Shown here piece after piece: positions 12,680 through 27,914 of a DNA stretch of 64,000 bases. This stretch comes from the human T2T-CHM13v2.0 reference genome, Homo sapiens: NCBI RefSeq assembly GCF_009914755.1, contig NC_060930.1. The stretch is one strand, 5' to 3'. Position 1 is the first letter of the stretch; every line of letters begins with the position of its first letter. Under the pieces are notes generated by a model that saw only the letters and a list, made by a program, of their open reading frames with translations, was not told the DNA's origin and made no database searches. The translations under genes were made by a program, and so were the position numbers.

Positions 12680-12959
12680 GTGACCCTGCCTGTGACTTCT
12701 CTTGATACTTCGCATCTGCTTTTCTGCTTTGCCTTGCCAACCAGCACCTTCCCCAATTGGCCATCTCTCTAATGGCACCATTGGACAGCAATAGTAGCAT
12801 TGAGGGCACCATAGCTCACAGTTGGGCCTGGCATGTTAGTAGCAGCCAGGGGAAATAGGCTTTGAGCAGGTATTTTCCAGAGAGCCAGATTGTGTCTGGG
12901 ATTCATTGGCCCTGAGGGTAATGCAATGTTGTATAAAGTAAAATGATTCCTACCTTCAT

Positions 12960-13390
12960 TTCAGTTCATTCATCAAATATTTGTGTTAGGCACTGTTCTA
13001 GGCATTGGGGGAAAAAATCAATGAGCAAAACAGACAAAAATCTGCTCTCTTATGGGGGAATATATTAAAAGCAAATGAGTAAACCGTATCTTGTATTAGA
13101 AGATTTGGAGAAAGATCCAGCAGGGAAGGAATGCTAGAGTGGTCTTAGAGAGGGTGGCCAGGTTTTCTAAGGAGGTAACGTTTGAGTAAAGATCTGAAGG
13201 AGTTGAAGGCATGAGCTATTTGTATGTCTAGGGGAAGAACATTCCAAAAAGATAGACTAGAAAGTACATAGGTCCTGGAGGTGGGAACATGCCTGCATGT
13301 CTGAGGAACACTGAGGGAACCAGTTTGGCTGCAGCAGAGGGGGTGGGGTGGGGTGAGGTGGTGATAGAGGTAGATAGTGGAGGTTCCATC
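12960..13390. mobile_element. L2 (LINE2) 3' remnant
   Basis: ttcattcatcaaatattt...aggcactgttctaggc and downstream L2-like text. Other L2 remnants at ~995-1060, ~3850-4450, ~18235-18300, ~32820-33200 and ~48855-49000. Confidence 0.65.
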
Positions 13391-13395
13391 ACTAA

Positions 13396-13766
<371 letters not shown>

Positions 13767-15049
13767 TAAGTCAGACTTAATTCCAGCTCTGGAAGGTTCA
13801 CAGGCCATTGGGCAAATGAGTCTCTCAAAATGTAGAGAAATCACAGTGGTGGACAGTATGTTGTTATTTGTCAGGTGAGAGGTAGCATTGCTAGAGGTGT
13901 TCAGGGAATTTGAGCTGTAGGAGTTGGGCTGAGCTGGCCCTGTGGGATGAGGGCAGACTGGAAAGGAATGGTTATGAAGGCCTCAGGCCTGGGTGTGTGG
14001 GAACAAGGAGGACAGAATCTCTGTGAGGGACAGCTTAGAGAGGGGCTTCCCAGAGCATCAGGAGCCAAGACTGGATGGGTGAGATGGGACTGAATGTGAA
14101 GGACTTTGAATGCCGGGCAGACTACTTAGGTCTTGGTGGGTTAGGGAAGACCCACTTTCTTGGCAGGGAGGGCTGCTCTTGGCTTTTGCTCTTTGTGTCC
14201 CTCATGTACTTTTATGTGGTGACTTTGGACTGTGTGGCCAGCACTTGCTTTTCTGTCTTCTTGCCTGACATTTTGTTTTCAACAATACCTTCCCATCTCG
14301 TCTGGCCAAAACTTTTCTGTGTTAGGGGAGTAAGTTGGTATATAGAGGCAAGAGCTTAAGGCCTGGAGTTAGGCATACCTGCACTCAAATCCCCAATTTC
14401 TTACTAGCTGTGTAACGACAGGAAAATTAATTAACTTCTCTGAGCCTGTTTCCTTATTCTTAATATGGGGTTTCTGATACCTACCTTGCAGGGTTCTAAG
14501 AACTAGAAATACCCTTTATAAAGCACTTGGCATATAGCAGTAGATGGTAGCAGTTACTGTCATCCTGTCAGTTGAATCAGGCTTAGCCATACAGTGCTGA
14601 GAACACTGCATTAAAAGAATGAAAGATCCTGCTGTTGGGAAGTAGCTCTGTACATGAGGCCCATCCAACCTGAGGGGGCCTGTTGCTTGGAGATACTGCT
14701 AGAATCCTGTCTCTCACCATCCCAGTTGCCTGGCACTCAGGGATACTTCTATACAACCTTAGTTGAATCTCACAAAAAGAGGTGTTGATCCTTCGTAAGT
14801 GAGGCACCCAAGACACAGATGGCTTCAGTGATTTAAATTGTGGTCATAATGTTAGAGGCAGAGCCAGGTCAGAGGATAGACATTGTGGCTCAGACACCTG
14901 CTCTTATAGGAGGGACTTGCCTCACAGTTTTCTAGTTACGGTGTCTGTAATCTACAGCTTTCAAATCAGGTGCCTGGCCCATCTCTGTACACCTCTTGGC
15001 TCAGCTGTTAGAATTATAGGACTTTTAGTGTGGCTAGCAATTGGATAAA

Positions 15050-15348
15050 GGCCAGGCACAGTGACTCATTCCTGTAATCCCAGCACTTTGGGAGGCTGAG
15101 GCAGAAGGATTACTTGAGCCCAGGAGCTCGAGACCAGCCTGAGCAACATGGCAAGACCCTGTTTCTGCAAAGTTAAAAAGTTAGCTGGGCATAGGGCTCA
15201 TTCATGCCTGTGGTCACACCTACTCAGGAGGTTGAGGCAGGGGATCACTTGAACCCATGCTATTGAGGCTCCAGTGAACCTTGTTTACACCACTGCACTC
15301 CGCCTGGGCAACAGAGCGAGACCCTATCTCAAAAAATAGAAAAATAAA
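15050..15348 (+). mobile_element. AluJ
   Basis: Dimeric Alu; aattggata flanks both ends. Confidence 0.88.
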
Positions 15349-16209
15349 TTGGATAGATAGGAGAGTGGAAGCCTTCACTTCAAGGTCATATACCTGGGAT
15401 GACCAAACAGCCTTCATTCGCCTCTGAAGGGCTCCCCACTATAAACAGACCTTCTCTCATACATACTGAATAGTAAGTAAGTAAGGTATTATCTTCACTT
15501 CACCAAAGGAGAGGTCAAGAGACCTCAAAGCAAGAGAAAAGGAACCTGTGTTTCAGAGCCCAGCCTAGAACCCCAGGTTCTGACTCTCCCTCCCAGGAAG
15601 TTCCGGGCTGCTTTAGTTCCGCTGAAGAGTGCCCCCATCCTCACTTTGGATTAGCCCTGTGAGATATCTCAGGGTGTGGTTGACAAAGGGCCCTTATCCA
15701 TCTCTAGTCTCTCTTGACACCACCCCCAAAGAATCAAACTAGCTGTTGCCAGCTGTGTGATGCATAGGTTATGTGAGTCTTTATCTGAAGAGGCAAGGTG
15801 GTTGGGCTCCTGAAAAAGGCAGAGAAGGCTACCTGATAATCGAGGTTTGAAATTAGAAGCAGATCCAAGGACTTGTGAGCCAGCCAGGGTAGGAGAAGTC
15901 TTAGTATCTCCCTGTGTAGCCAAATGACAGTAGCTGAGTGAGCTGTGTGCTATGGTTTCCTTAAACAAAAAGCAGAAGGATGGGAAGGAAATTGCAGTGT
16001 CTGCTCCTTGCCCTAGCCAGCAATATTTCCCCCCAAACTTTTATCTTGATCAGATCTTCTCTATCACCCAAGACCCATTTCTCACAGGGAAAGGAATAGC
16101 CATCCTCTCCACTCGTCACTGAGCCCTCCTGAGGTGGCTGCCTCACCCTGTAGCATGTGTTGGGAAGGGGGATTTCTGCACTCAGACTCACTGTGTGTGT
16201 CCTTGGCAG

Positions 16210-16303
16210 GCATGACCAACGGCTTTGGAAAACACACCGAAAGCGGGTCTGACTCTGAATGTAGTTTGGGTCTCAGTGGTGGACTGGCATTTGAAGCTTG
16301 CAG
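16210..16303 (+). CDS. BRPF3: BRPF3 exon 9 (94 bp)
   Basis: Acceptor ccttggcag|. Encodes (G)MTNGFGKHTESGSDSECSLGLSGGLAFEAC(S). Donor CAG|GTAAGA. Phases match the neighbouring exons. Confidence 0.92.
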
Positions 16304-16738
16304 GTAAGAACACATTCCCAAAGCTTTGTCAGCAGCTCTGCTACCCCTCCTTTTACTCTCCATTCAGCTACAGATTGAACCTCTTCCTGCTTACCTTTTT
16401 CTCTCTTCCCCCACTCCTGCTATTTCCTGAGGCCTCTTATCTGTAACTCTGGGAGTTCCTAGGAAACAGGGTGACCCTTGACTCTCAGATCTGATCTGAG
16501 AGAGGAAGAGTAGTGCTGATGCTTACAGGGTTTGTGGGGCTGAATTTGGACTCTAGAGGATAAGAAAAGCTAAATCTCCTGTTGTTCAGTGAAATTAACA
16601 TTTGAGCCAAAGTCCCCTGCTGCCCCTACACACATTTAGACAACCCAGCCATTACAGAGTTGGTTTTGCTCTTTGCCTTTTGGGGCGTCATAGCCTCTTT
16701 ATAGAGGTGTGGTGTAGGTGTATGAAATGACCAAGTAG

Positions 16739-17051
<313 letters not shown>

Positions 17052-19411
17052 TGGAATTGCCTTTTATTCAGACAAAGGCCCCAAAGCTCTTCTGCTGTCC
17101 TTGAGCTGAAAAGAGATGGATTTCTTCCCATTCTTTTATCTGAAGGGAGGATTTCTCAGACCAGACCTTAAAGTTTCTTCCAGGCACAAGAGCTTATGGA
17201 GCCCCTGCTCTGTGTTCTGTGTTCTGCAAGACACCAGGGCGGGGAGGACTCTTAGAAATGAGAAACCCTCACTGCCACAAAGGAAAAGTGACTTGTCCTG
17301 AAGGCTAATGTCATGGCCCCACCCATGACTGCTGAATGGGTCTTAGGTTCAGAGTAGGGGAGGAAAGGTCCCAGGGCAGCACCAGAAGACTATTTGTGTT
17401 TGAAGTGCTTCCAAGGCAGACTGGGCATGTGTTCTTTTAGGCATTCAGTCTACCTGGGCTGTAGGACTACTGGTAGGGCTGAGGGGGTCCCCAGCTACTC
17501 GTTGGCCTGGACTGGTTCCCTGCTGTGGTTTCTCTGAGATTCCCCTACCCCCCGCCAACCCTCAGAGTTGCCCTAGCTTCCTATTGCAGCCTCCAGAGAT
17601 ATAGGGGAAGTAGATGGGAAAAAATTATCAGGCACAGGAAAGAGAAAGATTTCAGAATCTTACACGATGCTTCTAGCCTGGCCCTGGGTTGAAGTTCCTG
17701 ACTCCCTTCAAAGATAAGGTACCTGGAAGCCCACTTTGTTGGGGTCAGGGTAGGATTGGACCCATCAAACTATCCTTTTCTTGCTCTTGACTAAAAGTGA
17801 AAGGTGTGTTGTTGGCCCCTTCTTCTATGAAGGGCATTCTTTTCAGCTATGAGCCACAAGAGCAAGCAAGGCCAGGCTCTGGTTAGCCTGCTAATTCAGG
17901 TGGCGTGTTTGCCTTTCTGCAGAACTCCAGTGCAATGCCCTTGATTTATCTGGGGCCCCTTGGAGGAAGTATGTATTAATATTTCAGGGTTTAAAATAGG
18001 AGATCCAAAGGCTTCAACTGCAAGGGTTGTTTTTCTTTTTCCCCCCATACTGTGGTAATAAGTATATAAGGGAAGACCTTATTTATTAGACCAGAATCAT
18101 ATAATCCCAGAATTAGAAATAACCTTGAAAGAACTGGTCACTAACCCATCCCCCACACTCCCTTTTTCACTTACCCCTTGGTTTATCTTTTCTGATGATT
18201 TTCTGAGCAGGTTGGTGCTACATGTGCTTTCTATAGATCACTCATTCAAATATTGATAACTGAACACCTACTGTATGCCAGGTACTGTTCTAAGCACTAA
18301 GGTGCCTGTTCTCATGAAGATTATCTTCTAAGGTGTCTGTTCTCATGGATATGGATGTTAAACCAGTAAATAAGATAACTGTAGGTTGGGTTGTCTGCTT
18401 AGGCTGGGGTAACTTGGAGAAAGGGCTGAAATGCAGGCCATGATTGAGTCAGTTGTGCTTTTTTCTACAAATCAGGAACATACAGACCTATTTTTGGTGT
18501 TGCATCCTATTTTATTGAGCTCATCCTTCTCAGAGCTCATCATTCTATAGTACAGTATTAGCAGTTTGTAATACTTTAAGTAAGACATTAAAATTTACTA
18601 TCCTTCGTATGACAATAACTACAGCTGTGTTTATTGACTGCATGGTATGTGCTGTACTGAGAGTTTTATGTGTGTTCGTTCATTAATCCTTACAACAACA
18701 CATGGGGAGTGTAAGCCTCGGAGAAGTTAAGTAACTTGCTGAAGGTTACAGAACTGATAACAAGAGCTGGGTTTTGAACCCAGATAGGCTCCAAGAGTTT
18801 AATTTCTTAACTACTTTGCTGTGCTGTCTTCTGTTGTATTTGAAGATGTCTCCCCAGATTCTTGATGTGAACTTTGATTTGTTTTTCTTTTTCTCATCTT
18901 GACGTGAACTTTGAGAGGCTTTCCTGATAAAATTACTAGCACTTTACATTTGTACAAGGCCTCAATTTCTCTAATATGTTGGCAGATTTTTATAGGGTAA
19001 ATGGGAACTAAATCCTAAATGTAAACTGGGTATTTTTTGTTTTTTCCCAAACAGTTTCTATTTTGACTAGCAATAAAAACTACCAACCTAACTACTGGTT
19101 ACTGAAAAATTATGATTCATTGGGTTTTGGTTAAGCAAAGTTTTCTTAGCATACGTTCCTGATAAAGTCAGTTCTGATTCAGTAAAACGGGAGTACCCTA
19201 CTCTCCAACCAGTCCCTACTCCTGGCTGTTTCTTATCCCACTAGGGGTTTCTTTAAGCATTTCTGCTTTTCTGCAGATTGATGACCTATTCTTTAAGCAT
19301 TTTTTAGTGAGAAAATTTAAAGTTATATAGGAGTAATATTATTTTTTGAAGTTTGGATGGAAAAAAGTGCTAGCCATATCATTTTTGCCCAGAAGCTACG
19401 GTGTACATTAG

Positions 19412-19876
<465 letters not shown>

Positions 19877-20459
19877 CACTTTTTACTTTAAAAAATCCAC
19901 TTCTCTCTATCCAAGAAAAACTTCACACATAAACCATTTGGAAGTGAGAAGTGCATTTTTTTTTCCAATTTAAAAATGTCTTTTCTAATTAAGGAAGTAT
20001 GACATGTCCACTTTAGAAAATTTGGCAAAGAGGCAAATTTTTGAATCTCAAAAATAAATTGGTTTCTAAAGAAAAGCGATGTGAACCAGAGCAAAGAATT
20101 CTGGGCAGATGTAAGATGGCCCCTGTCATGGCAAAGCTGCTTAGACGCTGGAAGGATTGACAAATGACTGGTGTGACCTTTCCTTTGGATGAAGTCCAAG
20201 GTTCCTGAGCAGGGAACTGAGCAACTCCTTCCAGGTTCAGTCCTTCCATGTAGATGAAATGGTTCCTCAAAACCTCATGGGAACTTTTCAGTCAAAAACA
20301 TGGGTTAGTGTGAGTTTTTAGGGGAAGGTGAGAAACTGTCCTCCCTGAAGAGTTTTTGCAGCTCCACTCCTGTCAGAGAGGGGAGAGGGGAGAAGGGGAG
20401 TGGGCGTTTTAGTCATTGAAATTGCTCATTTCACCCCTCTCTCCCTGCTCTGTGTGCAG

Positions 20460-20557
20460 TGGTCTGACGCCCCCCAAACGCAGCCGTGGGAAGCCAGCCC
20501 TGTCTCGAGTGCCCTTCCTGGAAGGTGTGAACGGAGACTCTGACTACAATGGCTCAG
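20460..20557 (+). CDS. BRPF3: BRPF3 exon 10 (98 bp)
   Basis: Acceptor tgtgtgcag|. Encodes (S)GLTPPKRSRGKPALSRVPFLEGVNGDSDYNGS. Donor AG|GTGAGG. Confidence 0.94.
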
Positions 20558-20729
20558 GTGAGGAGCAGTGTTCAGGCAGAACTGAGGGGGCCAGGCCTTC
20601 TGAGGAGCCAGCTCTTCAGGCTGCTGCACTGCTGGGGCTCCGTACCAGGCAGCCAGTCCTTGAGCTCCCCGAAACTCTTGGGCCCTTGGGCAGGGAGATG
20701 GCACTCTCCCAGGCCAATCATACTCTTTT

Positions 20730-22340
20730 TTTTTTTTAATTGCATCTTAAATTTGAATAGGTTGTACATGCCCATAGTAATAAAAATCAAAAAGGTACAA
20801 AAGAGTGTATAATGAAAGCTAGCACTCCCCTCCCTGGAACATCAACTGCTAGCATTTTCTTTTATATCTTTCCAGAGGTAATCCATATGTATACAAGCCA
20901 AAACTTGCATGAATAATTAAGAGAGTGAGTGGAGAAGCCTAATATGCACATGTTCCTCTAAACCATTCCTTTTTTTCCAGCTAATAATATATCTTGGAGA
21001 TCCTTCTGTGCTTTTTATTGGCTTCCCAGTGTCCCATTATATAGGAATGCTATCATTTGCTTAGCCAGTCCTCTAAAAGATGGACGTTTAGATTGTTTTC
21101 ATTTATTATCGTAACCAGTGTTGCAGTGAGCAACCTTATGCATAGATAATTTTATATCCATAGGGAGCCTATCTATAGAAGTGGAATTACTGAATTGAAG
21201 GAAGTGTGTGTTTGTAGTTTTCATGGATACTGCCTGTCCCCATTCACAAACGTTATCAGTGATAGCCTGTATCACTGAATCTCGCACATACATAACCCTG
21301 TAGTTTTATGGGCCTTGTCTCCTTGGATAAAAGGAATAAAGGGCAGGGCAGGACCTGGGGGAGAGGCCTGGGGTGGTGCTTAGGTGGGACAGGTGCAGAG
21401 CAGGCTGTTCTCTGAGCTCATCTCTGTCCAGCCCTGCTATACAGGGGTGTGTGCTCCCTGGATGCCCTGTCTTTGAAGTGTCCATCTAACACACAGGCTG
21501 CAGGGCTTCTCTTCCTTCGTTCCTTTACCCAACTGCTTTATTTTCCCTTAGCATCAGTTTCTTTCTCGTATGTGTGTTGATGAATGCATGCCTGTGTGTT
21601 TCATTGCTTTCTGTAACTGTCAGTTCCCAAAAGGTCAGGCTCATGTCTAAATGAATTTGTACAGCATCTCACACAAAGCCAGGAGTGGATTGGCACACTT
21701 TGTGCTTCTGGTGGTGACATCTTATTCTTACTTTTAAAACCACATGCTTACTAAAATTACGCCAAAGGATATTGACCTCCCATAGTTCCATCACTGTAAC
21801 ATGATTGTCTTCATTTTTCTGTGTTGCCTTCTGTTTATTTTAGGCACATTTTTAACAAAATGCTGACCCAAACACATGCACTTTTGTATTCTACTTTTTT
21901 CAATTTTTTTTTGTACTTTCTTCATGTTGACACATAATCTTTATATATCTCATATTATTGGAACAGTGTATCTAACAATGCATTATAATTTACTTAACCA
22001 TTCTATTGTTAGGCATTTGGGTTGTTTCCGGCTTTTAGCATTATATGTAATGTAGTGAACCCATATTTTTGTTTAAAATCCTTTTATTCATCTTTAAAGT
22101 TATTTTTCTCAGAATAAATTCCCAGGGAAGGAATTTACTGGAACAGGTGGTTCATACATTTTTTAAATGGCTCTTCAGACATACTGCCAAATTACATTCC
22201 ATAAGGATGGGTTTGGTCTGTAATTGCATCAGTAGTATGTGATTGCACCAGTTTCTACTCAGTCTACCTCTTTGGTATTGGATTTTATCTTTTTATTGTT
22301 ACTGCTATTGATTCAATAGGTGCAAAATAGTATCTTATAA
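20730..22340 (-). mobile_element. Old L1 (L1M) 3' fragments, discontinuous
   Basis: Antisense L1M text (gatggacgtttagattgtttt, ggcatttgggttgtttcc, agacatactgccaaatt). Similar fragments at ~24200-24560, 36070-36660, 38680-39400, 39860-40330, 42460-42860, 55860-56880, 58740-59560 and 60850-62980. Confidence 0.65.
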
Positions 22341-22369
22341 TTTTAATACATTTTTAAAAATTACAAGTG

Positions 22370-22513
<144 letters not shown>

Positions 22514-23067
22514 TTAAAAAGTGAGGTAGTAATATTTCCTTAGAAATAACAATTTCCACCCTGTTAGATTTGGACTTTTTTCCTTGGTTGAGTGTGGTCA
22601 CCTGCCCATTCCAGTGTATAGATGTGGGGAGGGAAAGAGAGGTTCTTCTGTGTGTTCAGAAGCATCTGTGAAGCACTCATTCACATGTGTTAGTGCGTTG
22701 AGTGCAGAGCAAAGTAAGATGAAAGGATGCAGTGCCTGCCCCAGGGATACCCAGTCTCATTTCTGACAAAAGAAGGCATGTGAAGGACTTGCAGACTGCT
22801 TAGCTCTGCTGAGTGCCGTGCATCCAGGTGTCCTAGATGGCTAGGTGTGACCCTGTCAGAAAATAACTCAGTTAGCAAGTAATTTTACCAGGATGTCTTC
22901 CCTGGCATCTTTGTCCATGAAGCCTCCATCATGAGGACTCCGCACTCAGGGAGGCCCAGAGAGCAGTATGTGGCATTGCCCAAGCTGGATTATGGCCCTT
23001 CTCCCTAAGGCCATGAGGATGAAGCAGTTAACATTTTTCCAGGGAAAGCTGTCTTAGGGTTCTAGTT

Positions 23068-23394
23068 CAGAGGTCGGTAAACTATGGCCTGTAGCCTATT
23101 TTTGTATGGTCCATGGGCCAAAAATGGTTTTTACATTTTGAAATGATTGAAAAGAAAATCAAAAGAAGAATGATATTTCATAACATGAAAATTACATGAA
23201 ATTCAAATTTCAGTGTCCAAAAAATAAAGTTTTATTGGGACATAGCCATGCTCATTCATTTATAGATTGTGTGTGTGGCTGCTTTCATGCTATAACAACA
23301 GCAGTGTTGAGTAATTGCAACAGAGGCCGTGTTGCCCACAGAAGCTAAAATATTTACTATTTGGCCCTTTACAGAACTAGTTTGCTGACCCCTG
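23068..23394. mobile_element. MER58B-like hAT-Charlie MITE
   Basis: TIRs cagaggtcggtaaact ... agtttgctgacccctg; degenerate 8-bp TSD ttctagtt/atccagtc. Confidence 0.85.
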
Positions 23395-23557
23395 ATCCAG
23401 TCTAACTTCTAAGGAAAGGAGAGGGAAAAGGAAGGGTGGAGGGGATGTTGTGACTCATTCCTGGGTTGCCCCAGTCAAGTGGAGGCCACAGGCAGGCCTT
23501 TTGGGCACCATTCCAAGTCCCCTTTGGGTGCTGTCTCCTCCCCTCCCCCACCCCCAG

Positions 23558-23655
23558 GCAGAAGCCTCCTGCTGCCCTTTGAAGACCGCGGAGACCTGGA
23601 GCCCTTGGAGCTGGTGTGGGCCAAGTGCCGAGGCTACCCCTCCTACCCTGCCTTG
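23558..23655 (+). CDS. BRPF3: BRPF3 exon 11 (98 bp), start of PWWP domain
   Basis: Acceptor cccccag|. Encodes (G)RSLLLPFEDRGDLEPLELVWAKCRGYPSYPAL, with the BRPF-type YPSYP variant of the PWWP motif. Donor TTG|GTGAGT. Confidence 0.96.
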
Positions 23656-26600
23656 GTGAGTCTGCCCCAGACGCCACCCTCCTATCTCCCCTGCCTTGCC
23701 TTGGGGGCTAATCTGATTGGATTAAGCCAGCAGAGTGTGGTGGGAGTCAGAGTGTCTTTAGCTGTAGAGGGGAGGGGGGTTTTGCCCCAGCCTGAGTGGG
23801 TCAAACTAGCAAGGCTCCCAGCTTGGAGCACTAAAAATAGGCTAAAAGTATGCAGATCAAGGCCAGGGTTCTTAGAGTTTTAATAGCATTTATTTATTTC
23901 CTTATGCATAAAAGTAACAGGGCCCATTTTAGAGAATCTTTAAAGCTACTGATAATGCTTAGACGTTTTATTAAATATTTGTCATGCTAAGTCCTTGAAA
24001 TACTGAGGAAAGTATGATTATTACATTTTGTAAGAAGAAAACTGATGATTTGTGGTCATTCAGCTAATAAATGACAGGGTTGGAATTTGAGCCCAGGGCT
24101 TAAAATGTGTGATGTCAAAGCCTGTGTTCTGAGCCACTGAGTTCAAAATCATCCACAGTCCTGCAGGGATAACTTGGGGTGTATATCCACTTACTCTTTT
24201 ACAAAAAATGTATAAATATGCATATATATGAGACCATATTGCTTTTAGCCTCCCTTTCACTTAACAGCATATCATGAACATGCACATCTTATGCCATTAA
24301 ACATTCTTCATCAACATCACTTTTAATGATTGCATCGTCTTCAGTTGTATGCATGTACCATATTTTAACCATTCCCTAGTTGGTCACTTACATTGTTTTG
24401 AATTTTTCACTATGATAAACAGTTGGCAATAAACATCATTGTAGTTTTACCCTTGTGCACATCCATGATTATTTCCTTACAGTGAATTCTTAGGAGTCCC
24501 TTCTTGGGGCAAAGTCTATGCAGAATTCTGATACAAGTTGCCAAGTTGCTGGAAGTTCATTTTGGTTTATACTCACACCAGCAGTAACTAAACTTTTCAT
24601 TTCTGTCATAGTAGTAGCAGTTAAAAATTCAATTTTTACCACCTTGATTGTTATTTCTGAACTCTTTCTCAGTTGGGGAGGTAGTGTCCACCTAGCTCTG
24701 GAAGATACCACTGATACTAAACCTTTGGGGCATGTCAGAATAATCTGTGGAAATTTTTAAAACAATACCCATATCAAGTCACCTCCACCCCAGCGCTATC
24801 AAATTAGACTCTCTGAGGCCAGACTGAGGCATCAATATTTTTTAGAAAACATCCTAGATGATCTGTAGCCAGGGTTGGGAACCACCCCACCAGCCTCTTA
24901 CATGTATACAGGACTCTGGGTTTCTCCTAGCCCCTTCATATCTGCAACTTTTAACAGCAGCCTTTTAAGATAAGGAGAGGAGGAATTCTGATCCTGTTTG
25001 GTCAGATAAGGAAATTATAGCTCAAAGAGGTTGTATTAATACAGTTTGTTGGAACCATATTGGAAACCATGTTGCCTACTCTACTCCCTCCTTAGCAGTA
25101 GCAGGTGGGGAAAATCCATACTGTGACCTAGCAGCTGAAGAGTTAGGGCCTGGGGCTGCCTGCCTTCACAGGGCTCTCTGCCCTGCCAGCGGTGAAACCG
25201 CAGGACTCCCAGCTCAGTCATTAAAGAAGTGATTAAGCTGTGCAGGTTTGGATTTAAAAAACAAACAGACAGAATACCTCACAATGCAAAAAAACTAGTC
25301 TAAAACTCGTCTTTTTTTTAATTACCCTCTTAATTATACATTTTGTCATGATTAAAGAAATTCAGCCACCACCTGAACACAACCTGTGTTTTTATTTTGG
25401 TGTATGCTCTCCTAGTCTTTTTCCTATGCATTCTTCAGTATGTATTTGCATCCATAAATAGTGGATATAAAGTTTTTAATTTTTTCTGGCTCTTGTCTTT
25501 TTTTTCTTGTCTTTTAAACATTTTTTCTTGTTTTTGTTTTTGTTTTTGTTTGTAAGAGTAATATACTGCATTATAGAAGTTTGGAAAAATAGAGGCGAAA
25601 AAACACAAACCCCACCATTCTAATGTTGACTCCAAGCATTTTGTATCGTTCTATTTATTGTTCGCATATTCATATTATAGTTGTAATAATAGTGTATGTA
25701 CACATATGTTAAGTTTTATCACAAACTTTGTTACCATGTTGTTTTACATTTGCATAGTATTCATTGAATGAATGGACCATTTATTATTTTGGGACACAAA
25801 AGCTGTCCTCAGTTGGCAGACTTACCCACCTTGCTTTTGCCCTCAGGGGAAATTTTTCACAATCTACCCTCTGCAAGCACCCTGGGTTCCAAGGCAGGAA
25901 CCAGCATGCCTTAGTCAAGAGGAAACATATCAGAGTAGCCTCACTGTCTTGTTTGGTAATCAAGGAAGCTTACAAGGGCTTGTATGGTGGTTCTCCTTAA
26001 GACCCTTTACTTCAATCCCAGGAGGGACAGACAGGCTGGGAGAGAGAGTTTTGATCAAATTACACACCTGGTGGGTGGGGTAAGGTGGTTCTTCCTTAGA
26101 GTAAACTCCTAACCAGAACAGCTGCTTTCAGCTGCTTATCTTGAGAGGGATGTAGTGAAATTGGCAGACAAGCAAAGGTAAATAATGAGAGCAGTTTATT
26201 GTAAGAAGGGGCCCACTGGGACAGCGTATAGGAAGTAAGATTGCTCTGTCTCTGGAGAAGGCTGCTTCCTCAGTAAGTTCCTAGTCTTTGCTCCCAGAGC
26301 TATTAGCTGTCTGCTCTGGAAGCAGGGGCTGTGTAGGAGGCAGTGGGCTGTGGAGGCCCAAGCCTTGTTTGGTTTTAGTACCAATGTGGTTTTAGCCAGC
26401 TACATTCTGCTTCTGTGCTTGGTGTTTTCCTCTTGTCAGCTAACACCTGTTAGCAGACTTCTCAGCATCAGCAAGAGATTGAAATGAGATGATGTGTGAA
26501 TAATTAGGAGCTTTGGAAACTTTGAAAGTGCTCCCTAGACCTGGATTTTGATTGTTGTGTTGATGCTGCCAGGCATTTTGCTGAGCACCTGCCGTCTCTG

Positions 26601-27192
26601 AGCCAGGCAAGGTGGGGCTGGATGCCAGAAGCAAACCTGAAGGAGAAGGGCCCAGCTGCTGCCCTTGTGGAGCTTGTTGCCTCAAGGATTAATGCCTCCA
26701 GTGGCCCTTGTTTCCACCCACATCATACCCCCCTCTCCATCAACCTCCAAGCTCATTCTCTAGCTATACACTGAGCCTCCTCTCTGATCTTACCATGGAG
26801 GTGTCACAAATATATCTGGTCCATGTATCAGGAAGGATTGTAGTCAGACAGGAAGGTAGTGGGTAACCAGAGACCTCGTTAGAACCAACTGGATGGCCTT
26901 CCCGATGCAAAGCCTTCTTCATAGCCGTGGTACCTAGGGAAGGCCCCCAAACATTTGAGGTGAATTGCAAAGGTACTAAGGGGAAATTGACAGGAAAAAA
27001 AAAGTGACCTCTACTCTTCTGTCCTAAGGGACATTGGAGGAAGGGGTTTGCCTGTCTGGTCTGGACATCAAAGATATCCCACTCAGGCCTGATACTCCCC
27101 TGGTGTGGGTGCTTCAGCAGTTGGTCCTGCAGCAGGGGCACTGCTCACCCTGGCCTCCCTCACTGAGTGCCCATCTTCTATTCTGCCTCCAG

Positions 27193-27347
27193 ATCATCGA
27201 TCCCAAGATGCCCCGGGAGGGCCTCCTGCACAATGGCGTTCCCATCCCTGTCCCCCCGCTGGACGTGCTGAAGCTGGGAGAGCAGAAACAGGCAGAGGCT
27301 GGAGAGAAGCTCTTCCTTGTCCTCTTCTTTGACAACAAGCGCACCTG
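27193..27347 (+). CDS. BRPF3: BRPF3 exon 12 (155 bp), PWWP domain
   Basis: Acceptor ctgcctccag|. Encodes [30 protein letters not shown]...[12 protein letters not shown](W). Donor TG|GTTAGT. Confidence 0.96.
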
Positions 27348-27489
27348 GTTAGTGGGTGCTGCTGTGAGGGGGCTGAGGGGCACGCCAGGGGTCTGTGCCA
27401 GTGGTGCTGTGCTAGTGAGGTGTACAGAGGGGCCATGGATGTTACCAGTTACCCTGGTCTCCACTTGCCAGCAACAGGCCTGCACTTGG

Positions 27490-27914
27490 CATGTTAATAG
27501 TAACTGAGGGGTGTTGCAGATCAGATTCCCTGGGAAACACTCTGAGGTCGAGACTTGCATCAGGAGGCTATTGAGGAGAGCTGTGGGGCGGGAGCGATGC
27601 AGCACTGGGCAGAAGTTGAACTACAGCCCACTTGCTGCCTCAGCTCATCCACTGGGCACATCTGGAGCTGGGTGGCTCAACAAGATAAGAGATGTCAGGA
27701 ATTGGGCCTGTGCCTTTTTGCCCTGTGCCAACTAGTTATTCAATGCCACTGCCCTGAGGGAGGGGTGTGGCCTGGGCCTGAGGCTTCCATGGTGGAGAGT
27801 GATTCCTAGAGAGGGACTCAGATGAGAGCCTGTGAGCTTCCAGCACTTCCAGTAGCTTCTGGGAAGCATGTTTCCGTCCTGAGGGGGGTTCTGGCCAGTG
27901 CAGTGTCCGCTACA
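27490..27914 (-). mobile_element. LTR16-like ERVL solo LTR remnant
   Basis: ttccctgggaaacactctgaggtcgagacttgcatcaggaggctattg ... gtccgctaca resembles the LTR16 family. Confidence 0.55.

Noticed and set aside
12105-12812. 235-aa minus-strand ORF
   Set aside because: Antisense shadow of exon 8; Ser/Gly-rich composition is what the complement of the sense codons gives.
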